63,862 nt of DNA, filler included, from Octopus bimaculoides (GCF_001194135.2; 7 parts of 6 records of this genome joined end to end with filler, not necessarily neighbours in it), one strand, 5' to 3'. Counted from the first letter of the whole stretch, positions 40,348 to 52,753 are shown. Made by a program: numbers and translations. The notes: generated by a model not told the origin, from the sequence alone.

Positions 40348-42628
40348 GTAAGTTTTGGCTTTTCTATTTTTAGTTTTTTTTTATTTAATAATCTGGTGGA
40401 AGAGCAATGGCCATGGATTTCCCAGGTTCTCTGAAACTGATGACATCAATACATTTAATGTTCCACTCGAACAATTGCAGATGGTGGCTGGTAAAACGTG
40501 GCGGATGAGAAAAATGAAATCTGGAAAGTTAGTGTTCTGGTGAGAAAGGGCCGATTGAAATAACTGGTGTCAAGTATAGGATGACCAAAGTAGGAGGAGT
40601 GATGAGCAAGGAAGGAGTGTCTTAATGGAGATACAATGCAATCGACCAGATCTGAGGAACAGAGGCCACTGTAGAAGTGATAGAAAATTTATCACTCCTT
40701 GGGCATACCTAATGGTATGCCCCTTGGTAGCACTGCTAAGCTAAGTATTTCTGGAAGTTATTCATAATAGTTCCCGACTCAGAAATCCTCCTAAACAGAC
40801 CAGCCAGTTTGTCCCCTCCAGCTGCTAGGGCTTCCCTGATAATGTCACACTCTTACCCACTTGTCATCCTCTTTATGTTACAAAAGCATACGTTCCAACA
40901 GCATTGTTTATCTGAGCAGTGAGTGCCAGATGATAAGGTGCCCAATCTTGGAATTTTCTTGATGCTGTACTGCAGCTCCCAAGTGTAAAATGTGCCTTAT
41001 AAAAAGAAGACCACGCCCATTCATCAATGAGGAAATTATACAAATGGTGCAGCCTCAGCATGTGTCTGCGCATTAACAGCCACATATGTTGAGCCTGCCT
41101 TCCAAAGTAGAAGAGCCCCCAGTTGCTGTTTAACTTTTGCTCAGTGCACAACCCAGCTTGAATTTGTCATTTCTTTTATTGAGTTTCCTACTTGAAAAAT
41201 AGTTTTGGTTTACAAACATTTTGGATGACAAACAGCCTTCAGGAATAAGTTAAATTCGTAAACCAAGGTTCCACTGTCTATGAAAAATTCTTAATTGATT
41301 CTCTAATAGAAATGGAGGGCAGAAATAGTTAAATGCACATTAAAATGCCTTTCAGACTTTACATTATGAAAAGGTTCATTTCTTTCATATCAGTGCTTTC
41401 CAAAATTATCTTGTTGCAGGAATCCAAGATGAATTTCTTAGGGATTATAAGCAGACTCCATCCAAGTAAATTTAATGAAACAGAAGTTGCTTTAGAGAAA
41501 GTATTTATTCACATGATAAACAAAGCTTATAGTAAAATATTGCTTGGAAAATAGTGAATGCAATTTTTTTTATTAATTTTTATGAAATTTTATTAAAAAG
41601 AATCTTATTTTCTGGCACCTCAGAGTTTGGTCATGGAAACGCAAGAGTTTTTCATGAAACTCTGGGACTTTTTTTGGAACCTAATTTAGGAAGAACTGCT
41701 TTATATTATGAAAATGTTTGAGAAGGTGTCTGGCTTAATGGTTAGAATATTCTGCTGACAGTCGTTGTGAGTTCAATTCCTGATGGCACATTGTGTCCTT
41801 GAGCAAGGTCCTTTATTTCTACTTGCTGCTCCAGTTCACTCAGCTGGCAAAAATGAGCTGTACCTGTAATTCAAAGGGGACAGCCATGTCACATACATTG
41901 CGTCATGCTGAATCTCCTTGAGAACTACATGAAGGGCACATGTCTCTGTGGAATACTCAGCCACTTGCATGATAATTTCNNNNNNNNNNCAGTCGTTGTG
42001 AGTTCAATTCCTGATGGCACATTGTGTCCTTGAGCAAGGACCTTTATTTCTACTTGCTGCTCCAGTTCACTCAGCTGGCAAAAATGAGTTGTACCTGTAA
42101 TTCAAAGGGGACAGCCTTGTCACATACATTGCATCGTGCTGAATCTCCCTGAGAACTATGTGAAGGGCACATGTCTCTGTGGAATACTCAGCCACTTGCA
42201 TGATAATTTCACAAGCAGACCATTCTGCTGATCAGAATCAACTTGAATGCTAGTCATCATAACCTATGGAGAGTCAGGCCTTTCAAGGCTAGTAAAATGG
42301 TAGAGCTTATTCCAATAAACATTTAGCCTTTCTTGAAATTTACAAGACATTATTATTATCGTTGGTTACTGGTAGAGGTGCTAGCATGCTGGGCAAACTG
42401 CTTGGCATCCTTTTGTCCATCCATGCACTCTGAGTTCCAGTTCCACAAAGGATGAGTTTGCATTTCATCCTTTTGGGGTCAATAAAATAAGTATCAGTCA
42501 TGCACTGAGATTGATGTAATTGACTTACCCCCTCCCCCAAAATTGCTGGCCTTGTGCCAAAATTTGAAACCATTATTATTGCCCATTATGTTTTTATTTA
42601 ATATTTTTTGTTTTTGTTATTTTTCTAG

Positions 42629-42801
42629 GTTCTGTGAAGTGTTCTGAAGATGAGTTCAAGTGTGATAGCGGTCACTGTATTAAAAATGATCTGACTTGTA
42701 ATAGTTGGAGAAATTGCAGAGATGCTTCAGACGAAAAAAACTGCACACCCCGATATGGCGACAGATACTGTCCAAATCACAAATTCCAGTGTAACAACAC
42801 T
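42629..42801 (+). CDS. LRP2: LRP2-like exon; one LDLa repeat plus the start of the next
   Basis: Acceptor ttttctAG at 42627-28, donor GTGAGA at 42802. GSVKCSEDEFKCDSGHCIKNDLTCNSWRNCRDASDEKNCTPRYGDRYCPNHKFQCNNT parallels the megalin CxSGHC..DASDE..RFPDGAYC..FECKNH segment. It ends mid-repeat, so further exons are required downstream. Confidence 0.88.
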
Positions 42802-43606
42802 GTGAGACATTTCCTTTTTTTTTTATTATTTTCAACCAGCCAAATCACCAAAGCCAAGTCATCTGAATATTATTGCCATTGTACCTCTCATTGTCGATAT
42901 GGTGGTTTTGTTGATGTCAAAAGAAACCCATACTCTATTCTCTACTCCCCCCACAAACACAATCTACACATACAGACACCATTATACTGACATACAACAT
43001 ATGTAGCTACAGACATTGTTATAATGTTGGTATTATTATTGTGGCTGCCAATTCGTTTCTCATAAGTGGATGGAGTTGGTTCTATTTATTTGATGCTAGT
43101 GATGGTGAGAGAAATGTTTGTGGCGGAAGTAGTTGTAATTTTCTTGTTAATTTTCTTGTTATTGCTGTTTAGTCACAAGTCAATCTGCAATGAGATCAAA
43201 AACATTTTCATACAACAAAATACAATACATTTTCTCGTATGATTTTTCCCCCTTTTATAGATTGAGAAGCTTATTTTGTTCATATTATTGTTACTGTTGT
43301 TGTTGATCATTTAGGGATATGTGGGTAGGTAGTGGTGCTTGCTTTTTTGGTTTGTTATTGGTATTCATGGTATCGATGGTGAACTCTCTCTCTCTCTCTC
43401 TCACTCTCTCTCTCTCNNNNNNNNNNNNNNNNNNNNNNNNNNNNNNNNNNNNNNNNNNNNNNNNNNNNNNNNNNNNNNNNNNNNNNNNNNNNNNNNNNNN
43501 NNNNNNNNNNNNNNNNNNNNNNNNNNNNNNNNNNNNNNNNNNNNNNNNNNNNNNNNNNNNNNNNNNNNNNNNNNNNNNNNNNNNNNNNNNNNNNNNNNNN
43601 NNNNNN

Positions 43607-43659
<53 letters not shown>

Positions 43660-44508
43660 CCAAAGTGTACGTAAGCGACTATCTAAATCTTATATCACTC
43701 TATTCTTTCTTTCTATCAGCCCTTTCACGTTTATTCGTTTATTCCACTCTTCGTTCTTTCGTTCCCCCCTCTCTCACATTTCCCTACCTTCTCTTCTTGC
43801 CCACTTTCCCTCCTCTTTTCACTTCACTGTGTCCCTGTCATTTTTTCTCGCCCTTCCTTAACTCTTCTGTCCCTCTGCCTCTCTCTCTCTCTCTCTCTCC
43901 TCTCCTCACATGACCGTTGTTTGGCCAAGCCTGACCTTTCTTTCTTGGTTCGACTACCATCTGTACAACATCTATATTCCTCCCTGTGCCTGCGAAATCT
44001 TGTATCCCTGCCATAAGACTTTATTTCCACACATGTCAACTTAATTTAATTCATCCTTAGTCGAAAGACACCTGTTGTTAGGTCCTGTTACTTGTATTTG
44101 TGTAACATTCTCCGTTTTTTCCATCCTTGTTTTCATATACATTCGCTGCTTTCTTCCAAGCAATCTAATGCTCTTAACTTAGATTTTCCTTGAGGCTGGC
44201 CAGATTGGAGCAATCTCGAGTATAACCAACTGAGATTGCAAAGATAATATGGAACGCGACTGAGGATAGAAAACTCCAAATGATCCGTCCATGTTTTCTT
44301 TGTATTGTCTATCTGGATGTTTTGTTGTCCCTTTTTTGTATCCCCTAACTGTCTGGATGTTTTGCGTTCTTGTCCCATTTTGTATTTTATATATATGTAT
44401 ATATATATNNNNNNNNNNNNNNNNNNNNNNNNNNNNNNNNNNNNNNNNNNNNTTAATTAATTAANNNNNNNNNNNNNNNNNNNNNNNNNNNNNNNNNNNN
44501 NNNNNNNN

Positions 44509-44677
44509 AAAAGCACCCACTACACTCTCGGAGTGGTTGGCGTTAGGAAGGGCATCCAGCTGTAGAAACTCTGCCAAATCAGATTGGAGCCTGGTGTAGC
44601 CATCTGGTTCACCAGTCCTCAGTCAAATCGTCCAACCCATGCTAGCATGGAAAGCGGACGTTAAACGATGATGATGA
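44509..44677 (+). mobile_element. Family D retroposon 3' end with (GAT)n tail
   Basis: ggcgttaggaagggcatccagctgtagaaac..ccaacccatgctagcatggaaagcggacgttaaacgatgatgat; related copies near 5205, 7430, 27640, 30330, 49550 and 53030. Confidence 0.75.
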
Positions 44678-45156
44678 TTTCACTCTACATTCATTTCTAC
44701 CCGTAAATTACTTCGGTGCCAGTTTAGTGTCTCGTCTACCTCCACCACAACAGTTTATAATACACGATTATATTATCAAGTTGAATAATTATTTATTCAT
44801 AATGACATACATAACTGATAGAATTTTCATTTGGACTCTTTAATCCTGGTTCTAGCTGTACTTCTATGTCTTTTGAAAGCTCCTTTCTCTTTCTCCATAC
44901 AGTTCCAGTTGGTGTTGTATTCAGTGTGTTGATGGAGTTAGGGTTAGGTTAGGGCATACTGGTAAAAAAAAAAAAAATTATCCATAAAAATATATCTTTA
45001 CCAAGATAGTTTCCAAGCCTCAGTAGCTTCATAACATACATGATGGATGATATGGTGCATGATGATGGCAATACACGTAGATTTATTGATTGGGTAGCTC
45101 TCTCTCACTCCCCACTCTCTCTGTCTCTCAGTACATATACATCAGCGTTTATATAT

Positions 45157-45199
<43 letters not shown>

Positions 45200-45794
45200 N
45201 NNNNNNNNNNNNNNNNNNNNNNNNNNNNNNNNNNNNNNNNNNNNNNNNNNNNNNNNNNNNNNNNNNNNNNNNNNNNNNNNNNNNNNNNNNNNNNNNNNNN
45301 NNNNNNNNNNNNNNNNNNNNNNNNNNNNNNNNNNNNNNNNNNNNNNNNNNNNNNNNNNNNNNNNNNNNNNNNNNNNNNNNNNNNNNNNNNNNNNNNNNNN
45401 NNNNNNNNNNNNNNNNNNNNNNNNNNNNNNNNNNNNNNNNNNNNNNNNNNNNNNNNNNNNNNNNNNNNNNNNNNNNNNNNNNNNNNNNNNNNNNNNNNNN
45501 NNNNNNNNNNNNNNNNNNNNNNNNNNNNNNNNNNNNNNNNNNNNNNNNNNNNNNNNNNNNNNNNNNNNNNNNNNNNNNNNNNNNNNNNNNNNNNNNNNNN
45601 NNNNNNNNNNNNNNNNNNNNNNNNNNNNNNNNNNNNNNNNNNNNNNNNNNNNNNNNNNNNNNNNNNNNNNAGAGTTTGCAGCATCTCCAGATATTGACTG
45701 AGATAAGAAATTTTTTAGGAATGAAGTGTGTAAACATCTGCATATTGTGGTGAGAAAATATAAATTATGGAAAGTGAATTGTGTGAGATGTAAA

Positions 45795-46961
45795 ATGCTG
45801 ACGGAAAGTATTGACTTTAATGGGGAGGTGCCAAAAGAAAAAGGAAAGAAATCACACCGTTGTGATATTTGTGAAAAGGTATTTGTTCGAAAAGAAAGCC
45901 TCACAATTCACAAACGTAGTCATACAGGAGAGAGACCGTATCACTGTGATATCTGTGGAAAATCATTCTCTCAAAAACACAACTTAACTAAACACAAGTG
46001 CATTCATACAGGAGTGAAACCATATCACTGTGACATCTGTGATAAATCATTCTCTGTAAGTAGTGATTTAACTAGACACAATCGTATTCACACAGGGGAG
46101 AAGCCTTTTCACTGTGATATCTGTGGTAAATCATTCTCTAAAAATTTTGTCTTAACTAATCACAAACGCATTCATACAGGGGAGAAACCTTACCAGTGTG
46201 GTATCTGTGGCCAATCATTCTCTGCAGGTGGTTCCTTACATAAGCACAAGCGCATTCACACAGGAGAGAAACCTTACCGATGTGATATCTGTGGTAAATC
46301 ATTCTCTCAAAATGATCGATTAACTAACCACAAACGAATTCACACTGGAGAGAAACCTTATGAATGTGACACGTGTGGTAAGTTATTCTCTCAAAATTCT
46401 GCCTTGACTGAACACAAACGCATTCACACAGGAGAGAAACCCTATCGGTGTTGTATCTGTGGCCAATCATTCTCTGCAGGTGGTTCCTTACATAAGCACA
46501 AGCGCATTCACACCGGTGAGAAACCTTACCGATGTGATATCTGTGGTGAATCATTCTCTGTAAATGATCAATTAACTAAACACAAACACATTCACACAGG
46601 AGAGGAGCCATTTCAATGTGATGTTTGTGGTCAGTCATACTCTACAGCAAGTTCCTTGAGTACACACGCGCGTATCCATACAGGAGAGAAACCATATCAG
46701 TGTGATATCTGTGGTAAATCATTCTGTCAAAATCAACAGGTAATTTCACATAAACGTGTTCACACTGGAGAGAGGCCGTTTCACTGTGATGTGTGTGGCC
46801 AGTCATTCTCTGAAAGTAGTAGCTTAACTAAACACAAACGCATTCATACTGGAGAGAGACCATATCACTGTGATGTCTGTGGTAAATCATTCTCTCGAAA
46901 CGATCACTTAAATAAACACAAATGCATTCATAGAAGAGAGAAAGCTTATCACTCTGAATGA
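45795..46961 (+). CDS. Single-exon tandem C2H2 zinc-finger protein, 13 fingers (ZNF-A)
   Basis: 13 CxxC-12-HxxxH repeats with TGEKP-type linkers and no stops. Start MLTES is shared with the paralog; the open frame extends to 45726. No KRAB/SCAN domain visible. Confidence 0.9.
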   Translation: MLTESIDFNGEVPKEKGKKSHRCDICEKVFVRKESLTIHKRSHTGERPYHCDICGKSFSQKHNLTKHKCIHTGVKPYHCDICDKSFSVSSDLTRHNRIHTGEKPFHCDICGKSFSKNFVLTNHKRIHTGEKPYQCGICGQSFSAGGSLHKHKRIHTGEKPYRCDICGKSFSQNDRLTNHKRIHTGEKPYECDTCGKLFSQNSALTEHKRIHTGEKPYRCCICGQSFSAGGSLHKHKRIHTGEKPYRCDICGESFSVNDQLTKHKHIHTGEEPFQCDVCGQSYSTASSLSTHARIHTGEKPYQCDICGKSFCQNQQVISHKRVHTGERPFHCDVCGQSFSESSSLTKHKRIHTGERPYHCDVCGKSFSRNDHLNKHKCIHRREKAYHSE

Positions 46962-47150
46962 AACACAGGTGTTTTCAAACAACGGAGGAAACGTATCACT
47001 GATATCTGTTGTAAATTGGTCTCCCAAAACTCAACTTAAATTAATACAGATGTGCATTCATACAGGTGAGAAACCATAAATCATTGACAACTTTGGGCAA
47101 CTATTTAATCAAATGGCTAATTTGATTAAAAATAAAGGTATTTATACAAG
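46962..47150 (+). pseudogene. Decayed C2H2 finger remnants in the ZNF-A 3' region
   Basis: tatcactgatatctgttgtaaattggtctcc...gtgcattcatacaggtgagaaacca is a degenerate [11 protein letters not shown]...IHTGEKP. Confidence 0.55.
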
Positions 47151-47539
47151 GGATGTTCTATAATTACGAGACATGGACATGCATATCTGGATTCTGTTAA
47201 TTTCATAACATTCTGTTACGTTTTCTTTTATTGCCAGTCCATGTGTTCTTGTTTCATTTCAGCTGCTATTTCTTGTGGGGCAAATTGTAAATATTTCACT
47301 CTGTCCCTTTAATTTCCTTTTTTTTATTTACAAATAAAAAACTCCCTTATATTTATATCATTTACTTTCTCTAAATCCTTTTTTTTTTTAAACCTCCCTT
47401 TTTGTTCTTACTAAATTCTTTTGCATCTTCTGGAAGGGTCTTGTGATTTGACTGTTTTCCTACTTAGTAAGTAGGAAAACAGACTTTGGTTTTTGTTAAA
47501 TTAACCCTAAAGTCGTTAGATTCCTGGCCTTGTTTCCAC

Positions 47540-48590
47540 TTGGGAAACTTCTTCCCTAGGTCAGGAAGTGATCCAGCGTATATGAACAAGGTCATCAGTG
47601 TAGAGAAGCTCCCAGGGATAGCCAGTCATGAATTCTTCTGTTAACACCTGAAAGACTAAGATAAACAAGATGGGGCTTAGAACTGATCCTTGGTAAACTC
47701 CCACTTGTACACTGAATCCATTGCTATTCTCATTGCTAACTTTCACCTGACTAGCAGCATCCCTGCAAATAGTTTGTACTGCTCTCACTAACCACAGCTT
47801 CCACATTGACCATCAGATAAGGGAGTAGGGAACACTGTCGAAGGCTTTCTCCAAGTTTAGAAAATCTAGGCACAGAGTTTTATTTTTGACGAAACATTTG
47901 TTCTGTAGTTGCCTAACCAGGAATACAGCATCAGTCGTGCTCCTGCCTGGCACAAATCTGAACTGCATCTCATCTATGTTAACTCATTCCCTAGTTAATT
48001 GACTAATGACCCTTTCTGTGACTTTCATCACCTGTCCAGCAATTTGATACCTCTGTAAATATCTAAGGCGTCACCTTTGCCTTTGTAGCAGTTGACTGTG
48101 ATGTTACACCAATTGTCGGGTATGACCCCTTTGTGGACAACCTGGTTAAGTATACGGATGACTAGGCTATATCCTTCTCTGTGAGATATTTTAAGCATCT
48201 CAGCAGTAATTCCTGACAGGCCGAGGGCTTTCCCTGTCTTCATATCCTTAATTGCTTTATCTACCAAGCTACTGTCGATTCTGATAGCTGGGTCAACATT
48301 TGCAAGACTATCCTGCATTCATTCATTCTCCGCTTTTAATAGCCTTTCCAAGCAGAATAATTTTAATAGCATTTCCAAGCCTCTTTCTTTGCAGAATCAT
48401 TAAATGTACCATCATCCATATGGACACATTTCTCTCCCATGACATCACAGTTTTCTCTCACACAGTCTTGCAATCCAAAACACTTCAAGTCTTTTGTCTT
48501 CACATTGCAGAACATTGGGAAATGTTCTCTCCAAAGAGACAGGTAACTACACATGTATGTATTCAGAGAGAAGAGCAACTGTATTAATAT
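47540..48590 (-). mobile_element. RTE-clade LINE reverse transcriptase fragment (degenerate)
   Basis: KAIKDMKTGKALGLSGITAEMLK, YKGKGDAL..YRGIKLLD, GVYQGSVLSPILF, PWELLYTDDLV (YADD). Confidence 0.9.
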
Positions 48591-49699
48591 TATAAATGCT
48601 TGAGTGAAAAAAAATATTTTAGTAGCAATAAATGTCTTGACACAGCAAAGAAGATCTCACAGTGTCTCTTATTAACTCTATACATGACTAAAAGCACAGC
48701 TGCCCAAATGCTTGTCTTGCTGTTTTATGCCCAGAACCAGTGATATTTTGCAGCCCCTTGTATTTGAATATGGTGGCATTGTTTTTCAGATAATTGTTCT
48801 TGTGCAGTTCTATGTTGAAGCAAAGGGAGGAATGGAGGAATTTCAACCATGTTTCGTGGTCTGCTACCACAACAGCTCCTTTATAGGATCCAGTTAGCTC
48901 AAGACATCATCAGGAGGAACCACGTCCGGTTTCGGCTCCTACTCCTCTACCGTTTTGACGTGGCGGGGCCCCTCCTTGTGCTACAGTTTCCGTTTTGGTC
49001 TTCTGAAGAATCTCTGACAAAGGTGATGGCATCTGTCAGCATCTGCCTACCAAAAATGTTGTCATTGCTTTTGTCCCTGATATGGTGGAAATGCATTGCA
49101 GCTTGTCTTTGTGAAATTACACATTCTTCTCTTCCTTGCATGACAAATTGTTCAAATGGTGAACTAAAATGTTTATTATTGCAACTGAACAGAAAAGGAT
49201 AAATATGCTTTCTTTCAGCAATCCTCATTTGGAACATTTCGAAAAAATTATCATAATTTCCAAAATAATTCACATATGAAGAAATTTTAAATACTATATA
49301 TTATTTTAGCTCCTAAGAATCCTGGCAAAACCAAGAAACATGAATTAAAAAAATTTGGCAGTTAAAGAATTAAATTCATTACCTCTTTTCACTCCTCTTC
49401 TCATGTGTGTATCGTTCATTTATCATTGTTCCACTTTGTTTTTCATTGGAATACTATGTCTCTCATTTGAATAGCACCAGTTCTTTGAGGTTGATGAAAT
49501 TTTCTCATCCAATCAGCAGACCAATTGAGGAAACCAAATATCATCATCATCATCATCATCATTTAACATCTGTTTTCCATGTTGGGTTGGACATTTTGAC
49601 TGGTGCCCTTCCTAAAGCCAATCACTCCAAAAACGTAATGGGTGCTTTTTACATGTCGGTTATGAAAAACCAACATCAGCCACGACTGTGGTCTCAGTT

Positions 49700-50020
49700 G
49701 GCTTGACAGGTTTTCTCAAGCACGGTATATCGCCAAAAGGTTTCAGTCACTTGTCACTGCCTTTGTAAGGCCCAAAGTTAGTAGGGTGCTTTCTACATGC
49801 CACTGACATGGGTGCCAGTTACAAGACACTAGCATTGGCCACAACTACGATTTCATTTGTTTCGACAGGTTTTCTCAAATACGGTATATTGCCCAAAGGT
49901 CTTGATTACTTGGACACTGCCACCACAAGGCCCAATCTTCAAAGGGTGCTTTTTACATGTCACTGGCACAGGTTCCAGTCACACAACATTGGCATCGGCC
50001 ACAACTACGATTTTACTTGG
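49700..50020. repeat. Two-unit tandem repeat, about 159-bp period
   Basis: gacaggttttctcaa..cggtatat and ggccacaactacgattt each occur twice. Confidence 0.75.
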
Positions 50021-50739
50021 CGTGATGGGTTTTGTATGTTTGTGTTTGTCTTCACAACTGGTGTCGGTGTGTTTATGTCCCTTAAACTTAGTGACTCAGC
50101 AAAGGAGATATACAGAATAAGTACCAGGCTTAAGAGAAAAATTTTAATTAGTGGGATTGATTAAAAAACAAAAACATTCTGGTTGTATTTTACCTGAAAC
50201 CGAAAGCCTGGTTCCATTAAAATGCCGAATCAGAATAAAAATCCAACAGAAGCAATTTCCTAAATATTTATCTCTTTTATTATATCTTTATTAAGGATGG
50301 TGAGCTGGCCAGGTCAACCAAGCACTGCCCAGACAAACTGGGCTGAACTGGACCAGACAAGCTGAGCCCAGTGAACCAAACCAGCACAACTCAGCCATCC
50401 CAAGAAGGCCACATGTACAACATTTATGAAATTATGAAAGACATTTATTATAGAAAGTAACATGACGTAGAATAACAAGTGAAGCATTGACCACAGCATA
50501 TTGTATGTGGTAAGAAGCTTGCTTCTCATTCACATGGTTCCAACAGAAGCAATTTCCTAATTATTTATTTCTTTTATTATTATTTCTTTTTCTTCTAACA
50601 GTGGAGAAAAGAAAGGAAGAGAGGTAAAGATGGAAGGAGAAAAAAACTTTCTTACATGTTTTTAAAATTGTTCCAGTGTAACACGTCTTTGTGTAGTTAC
50701 ATTCAATGTCTTCACTACAGACACATACAAAAGCTCTCA

Positions 50740-51607
50740 TACGTTCATCCAAGGAGCAATATCATATTTTCTTGGGAAATATATGAGTTGGTCTTCTCTG
50801 TGAATAACAAACATGTGAAGTTAAGAGTCTTTTTGGAGAGAATGATTTTCCATTTATATCACAATATGGATTCTCTTCTGTATGAATGCATTAGGGTGTA
50901 GTTGTCCTCATTTCAGTGGGATGGTTTGTCAAAGATATCAGTGATATCTTCTGTAGGAATATATTTGTGTTCAATTAATTTCGCCATTTGATTCAATGAT
51001 TTATTACACTGATCACAACACGGCTTCTCTCTAAGATGAAGATGTTTAGCTGAGGTACTTCCATTAGAGAATGGCTAACCAGAAAAGATCTCTCTCTTGT
51101 AAGTATGCACCTGTGTCTAGTTAAGTGAATGGAGGCGCAATGGCCCAGTGGTTAGGGCAGCGGACTCGCGGTCATAGGATTGCGGTTTCGATTCCCAGAC
51201 CGGGCGTTGTGAGTGTTTATTGAGCGAAAACACCTAAAAGCTCCACGAGGCTCCAGCAGGGGATGGTGGCGAACCCTGCTGTACTCTTCCACCACAACTT
51301 TCTCTCACTCTTTCTTCCTGTTTCTGTTGTGCCTGTAATTCAAAGGGCCAGCCTTGTCACACTGTGTCACGCTGAATATCCCCGAGAACTACGTTAAGGG
51401 TAACACGTGTCTGTGGAGTGCTCAGCCACTTGCACGTTAATTTCACGAGCAGGCTGTTCCGTTGATCAGATCAACTGGAACCCTCGATGTCGTAAGCGAC
51501 GGAGTGCCAACAACAACTAGTTAAGTGGGAGTTTTTGAGAGAATGATTTACCACAAATATCACACTGATATGCTTTCTCTCCTGTTTCAATACGTTTGTT
51601 TTTTGGT
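50740..51607 (-). pseudogene. Decayed C2H2 fingers downstream of the ZNF-B stop, split by a SINE
   Basis: Repeated gagagaatgatttwcca / tgtatgaatgc remnants (GKSFS and IHT motifs on the minus strand) with stops and indels. Confidence 0.7.
51128..51516 (+). mobile_element. SINE family C with 11-bp TSD, inserted in decayed zinc fingers
   Basis: TSD ctagttaagtg at 51117-27 and 51517-27. Confidence 0.9.
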
Positions 51608-52753
51608 TCACACATCATTATCAGAGAATGAATTATCATGGTGATATGCTTTCTCTCTTGCGGAAATACATTTGTGCTTATTTAATTGATCATTTTGAGA
51701 GAATGACTGACCACAAGTATTACACTGATATGGTTCCTCTCCCGTATGAATACGTTTATGCTTAGCTAAGGTACCTCCTACAGCGAATGACTGACCACAG
51801 ATTTCACACTGATATGGTTTCTCCCCTGTATGAATGCGCTTGTGTACAGTTAAGTGTGTATTTTCAGAGAATGATTTACCACAGATATCACACTGGTAAG
51901 GTTTCTCTCCTGTATGAATACGTTTGTGTGTACTTAATGTACTTGCTGTAGAGTACGACTGGCCACAGATGACGCATAGATACGGCCTCTTTCCTGTATG
52001 AATGCGTTTGTGATTATTTAAGACATTATTTTGAGAGAAGGATTTACCACAGACATCACACTGATATGGTTTCTCACCTGTATGAATGCGTTTGTGTGTA
52101 CTTAAGATACTTAATGTAGAGTATGATTGACCACAGATAACACACTGATAAGGTCTCTTTCCTGTATGAATGCGTTTGTGATTAGTTAAGACATGACTTT
52201 GAGAGAATGATTGACCACAGACATCACAGTGATATGGTCTCCCTCCTGTATGAATGCGTTTGTGTCTAGTTAAGCTGCTTCCTTCAGAGAATGACTGGCT
52301 ACAGACGTCACAACGAAATGGCTTCTCTCCAGTGTGGATACGTTTGTGTTTAGTTAATGTACCAACTTCAGAGAACGACTGACCACAGCAATCACACTGA
52401 TAAGGTTTCTCTCCTGTATGAATGCGTTTGTGCTTAGTCAAGGTTCCTCCTTCAGAGAATGACTGACCACAGATATCACAGTGGTAGGGCTTCTCCCCAG
52501 TATGAATGCGTTTGTGATTCGTTAATGCATATTTTTGAGAGAATGATTTTCCACAGATATCACACTGATACGGTCTCTCTCCAGTATGAATACGTTTGTG
52601 AGTAGCGAGGCTTTCTTTTCGAGCAAATGACTTTTTACAGATATCACAGTTGTGAGATGGTTTCCCTATATCTTTTGGCACCTCCCCATTAAAGTCAACA
52701 CTTTCCGTCAGCATTTTACATTTCACACTGTCCTCACACAATTCCCTTTCCAT
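51608..52753 (-). CDS. Single-exon tandem C2H2 zinc-finger protein, 11 intact + 1 degenerate finger (ZNF-B)
   Basis: 381-aa [21 protein letters not shown]...; the last finger ends HKCIS (second His lost). Leader is near-identical to ZNF-A. Confidence 0.9.
   Translation of the reverse strand: MERELCEDSVKCKMLTESVDFNGEVPKDIGKPSHNCDICKKSFARKESLATHKRIHTGERPYQCDICGKSFSQKYALTNHKRIHTGEKPYHCDICGQSFSEGGTLTKHKRIHTGEKPYQCDCCGQSFSEVGTLTKHKRIHTGEKPFRCDVCSQSFSEGSSLTRHKRIHTGGRPYHCDVCGQSFSQSHVLTNHKRIHTGKRPYQCVICGQSYSTLSILSTHKRIHTGEKPYQCDVCGKSFSQNNVLNNHKRIHTGKRPYLCVICGQSYSTASTLSTHKRIHTGEKPYQCDICGKSFSENTHLTVHKRIHTGEKPYQCEICGQSFAVGGTLAKHKRIHTGEEPYQCNTCGQSFSQNDQLNKHKCISAREKAYHHDNSFSDNDV

Noticed and set aside
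41759-42210. 220-bp tandem duplication with about eight substitutions across a 10-N gap
   Set aside because: Most simply two haplotypes or two repeat copies joined by the scaffolder; not evidence of a real tandem array.
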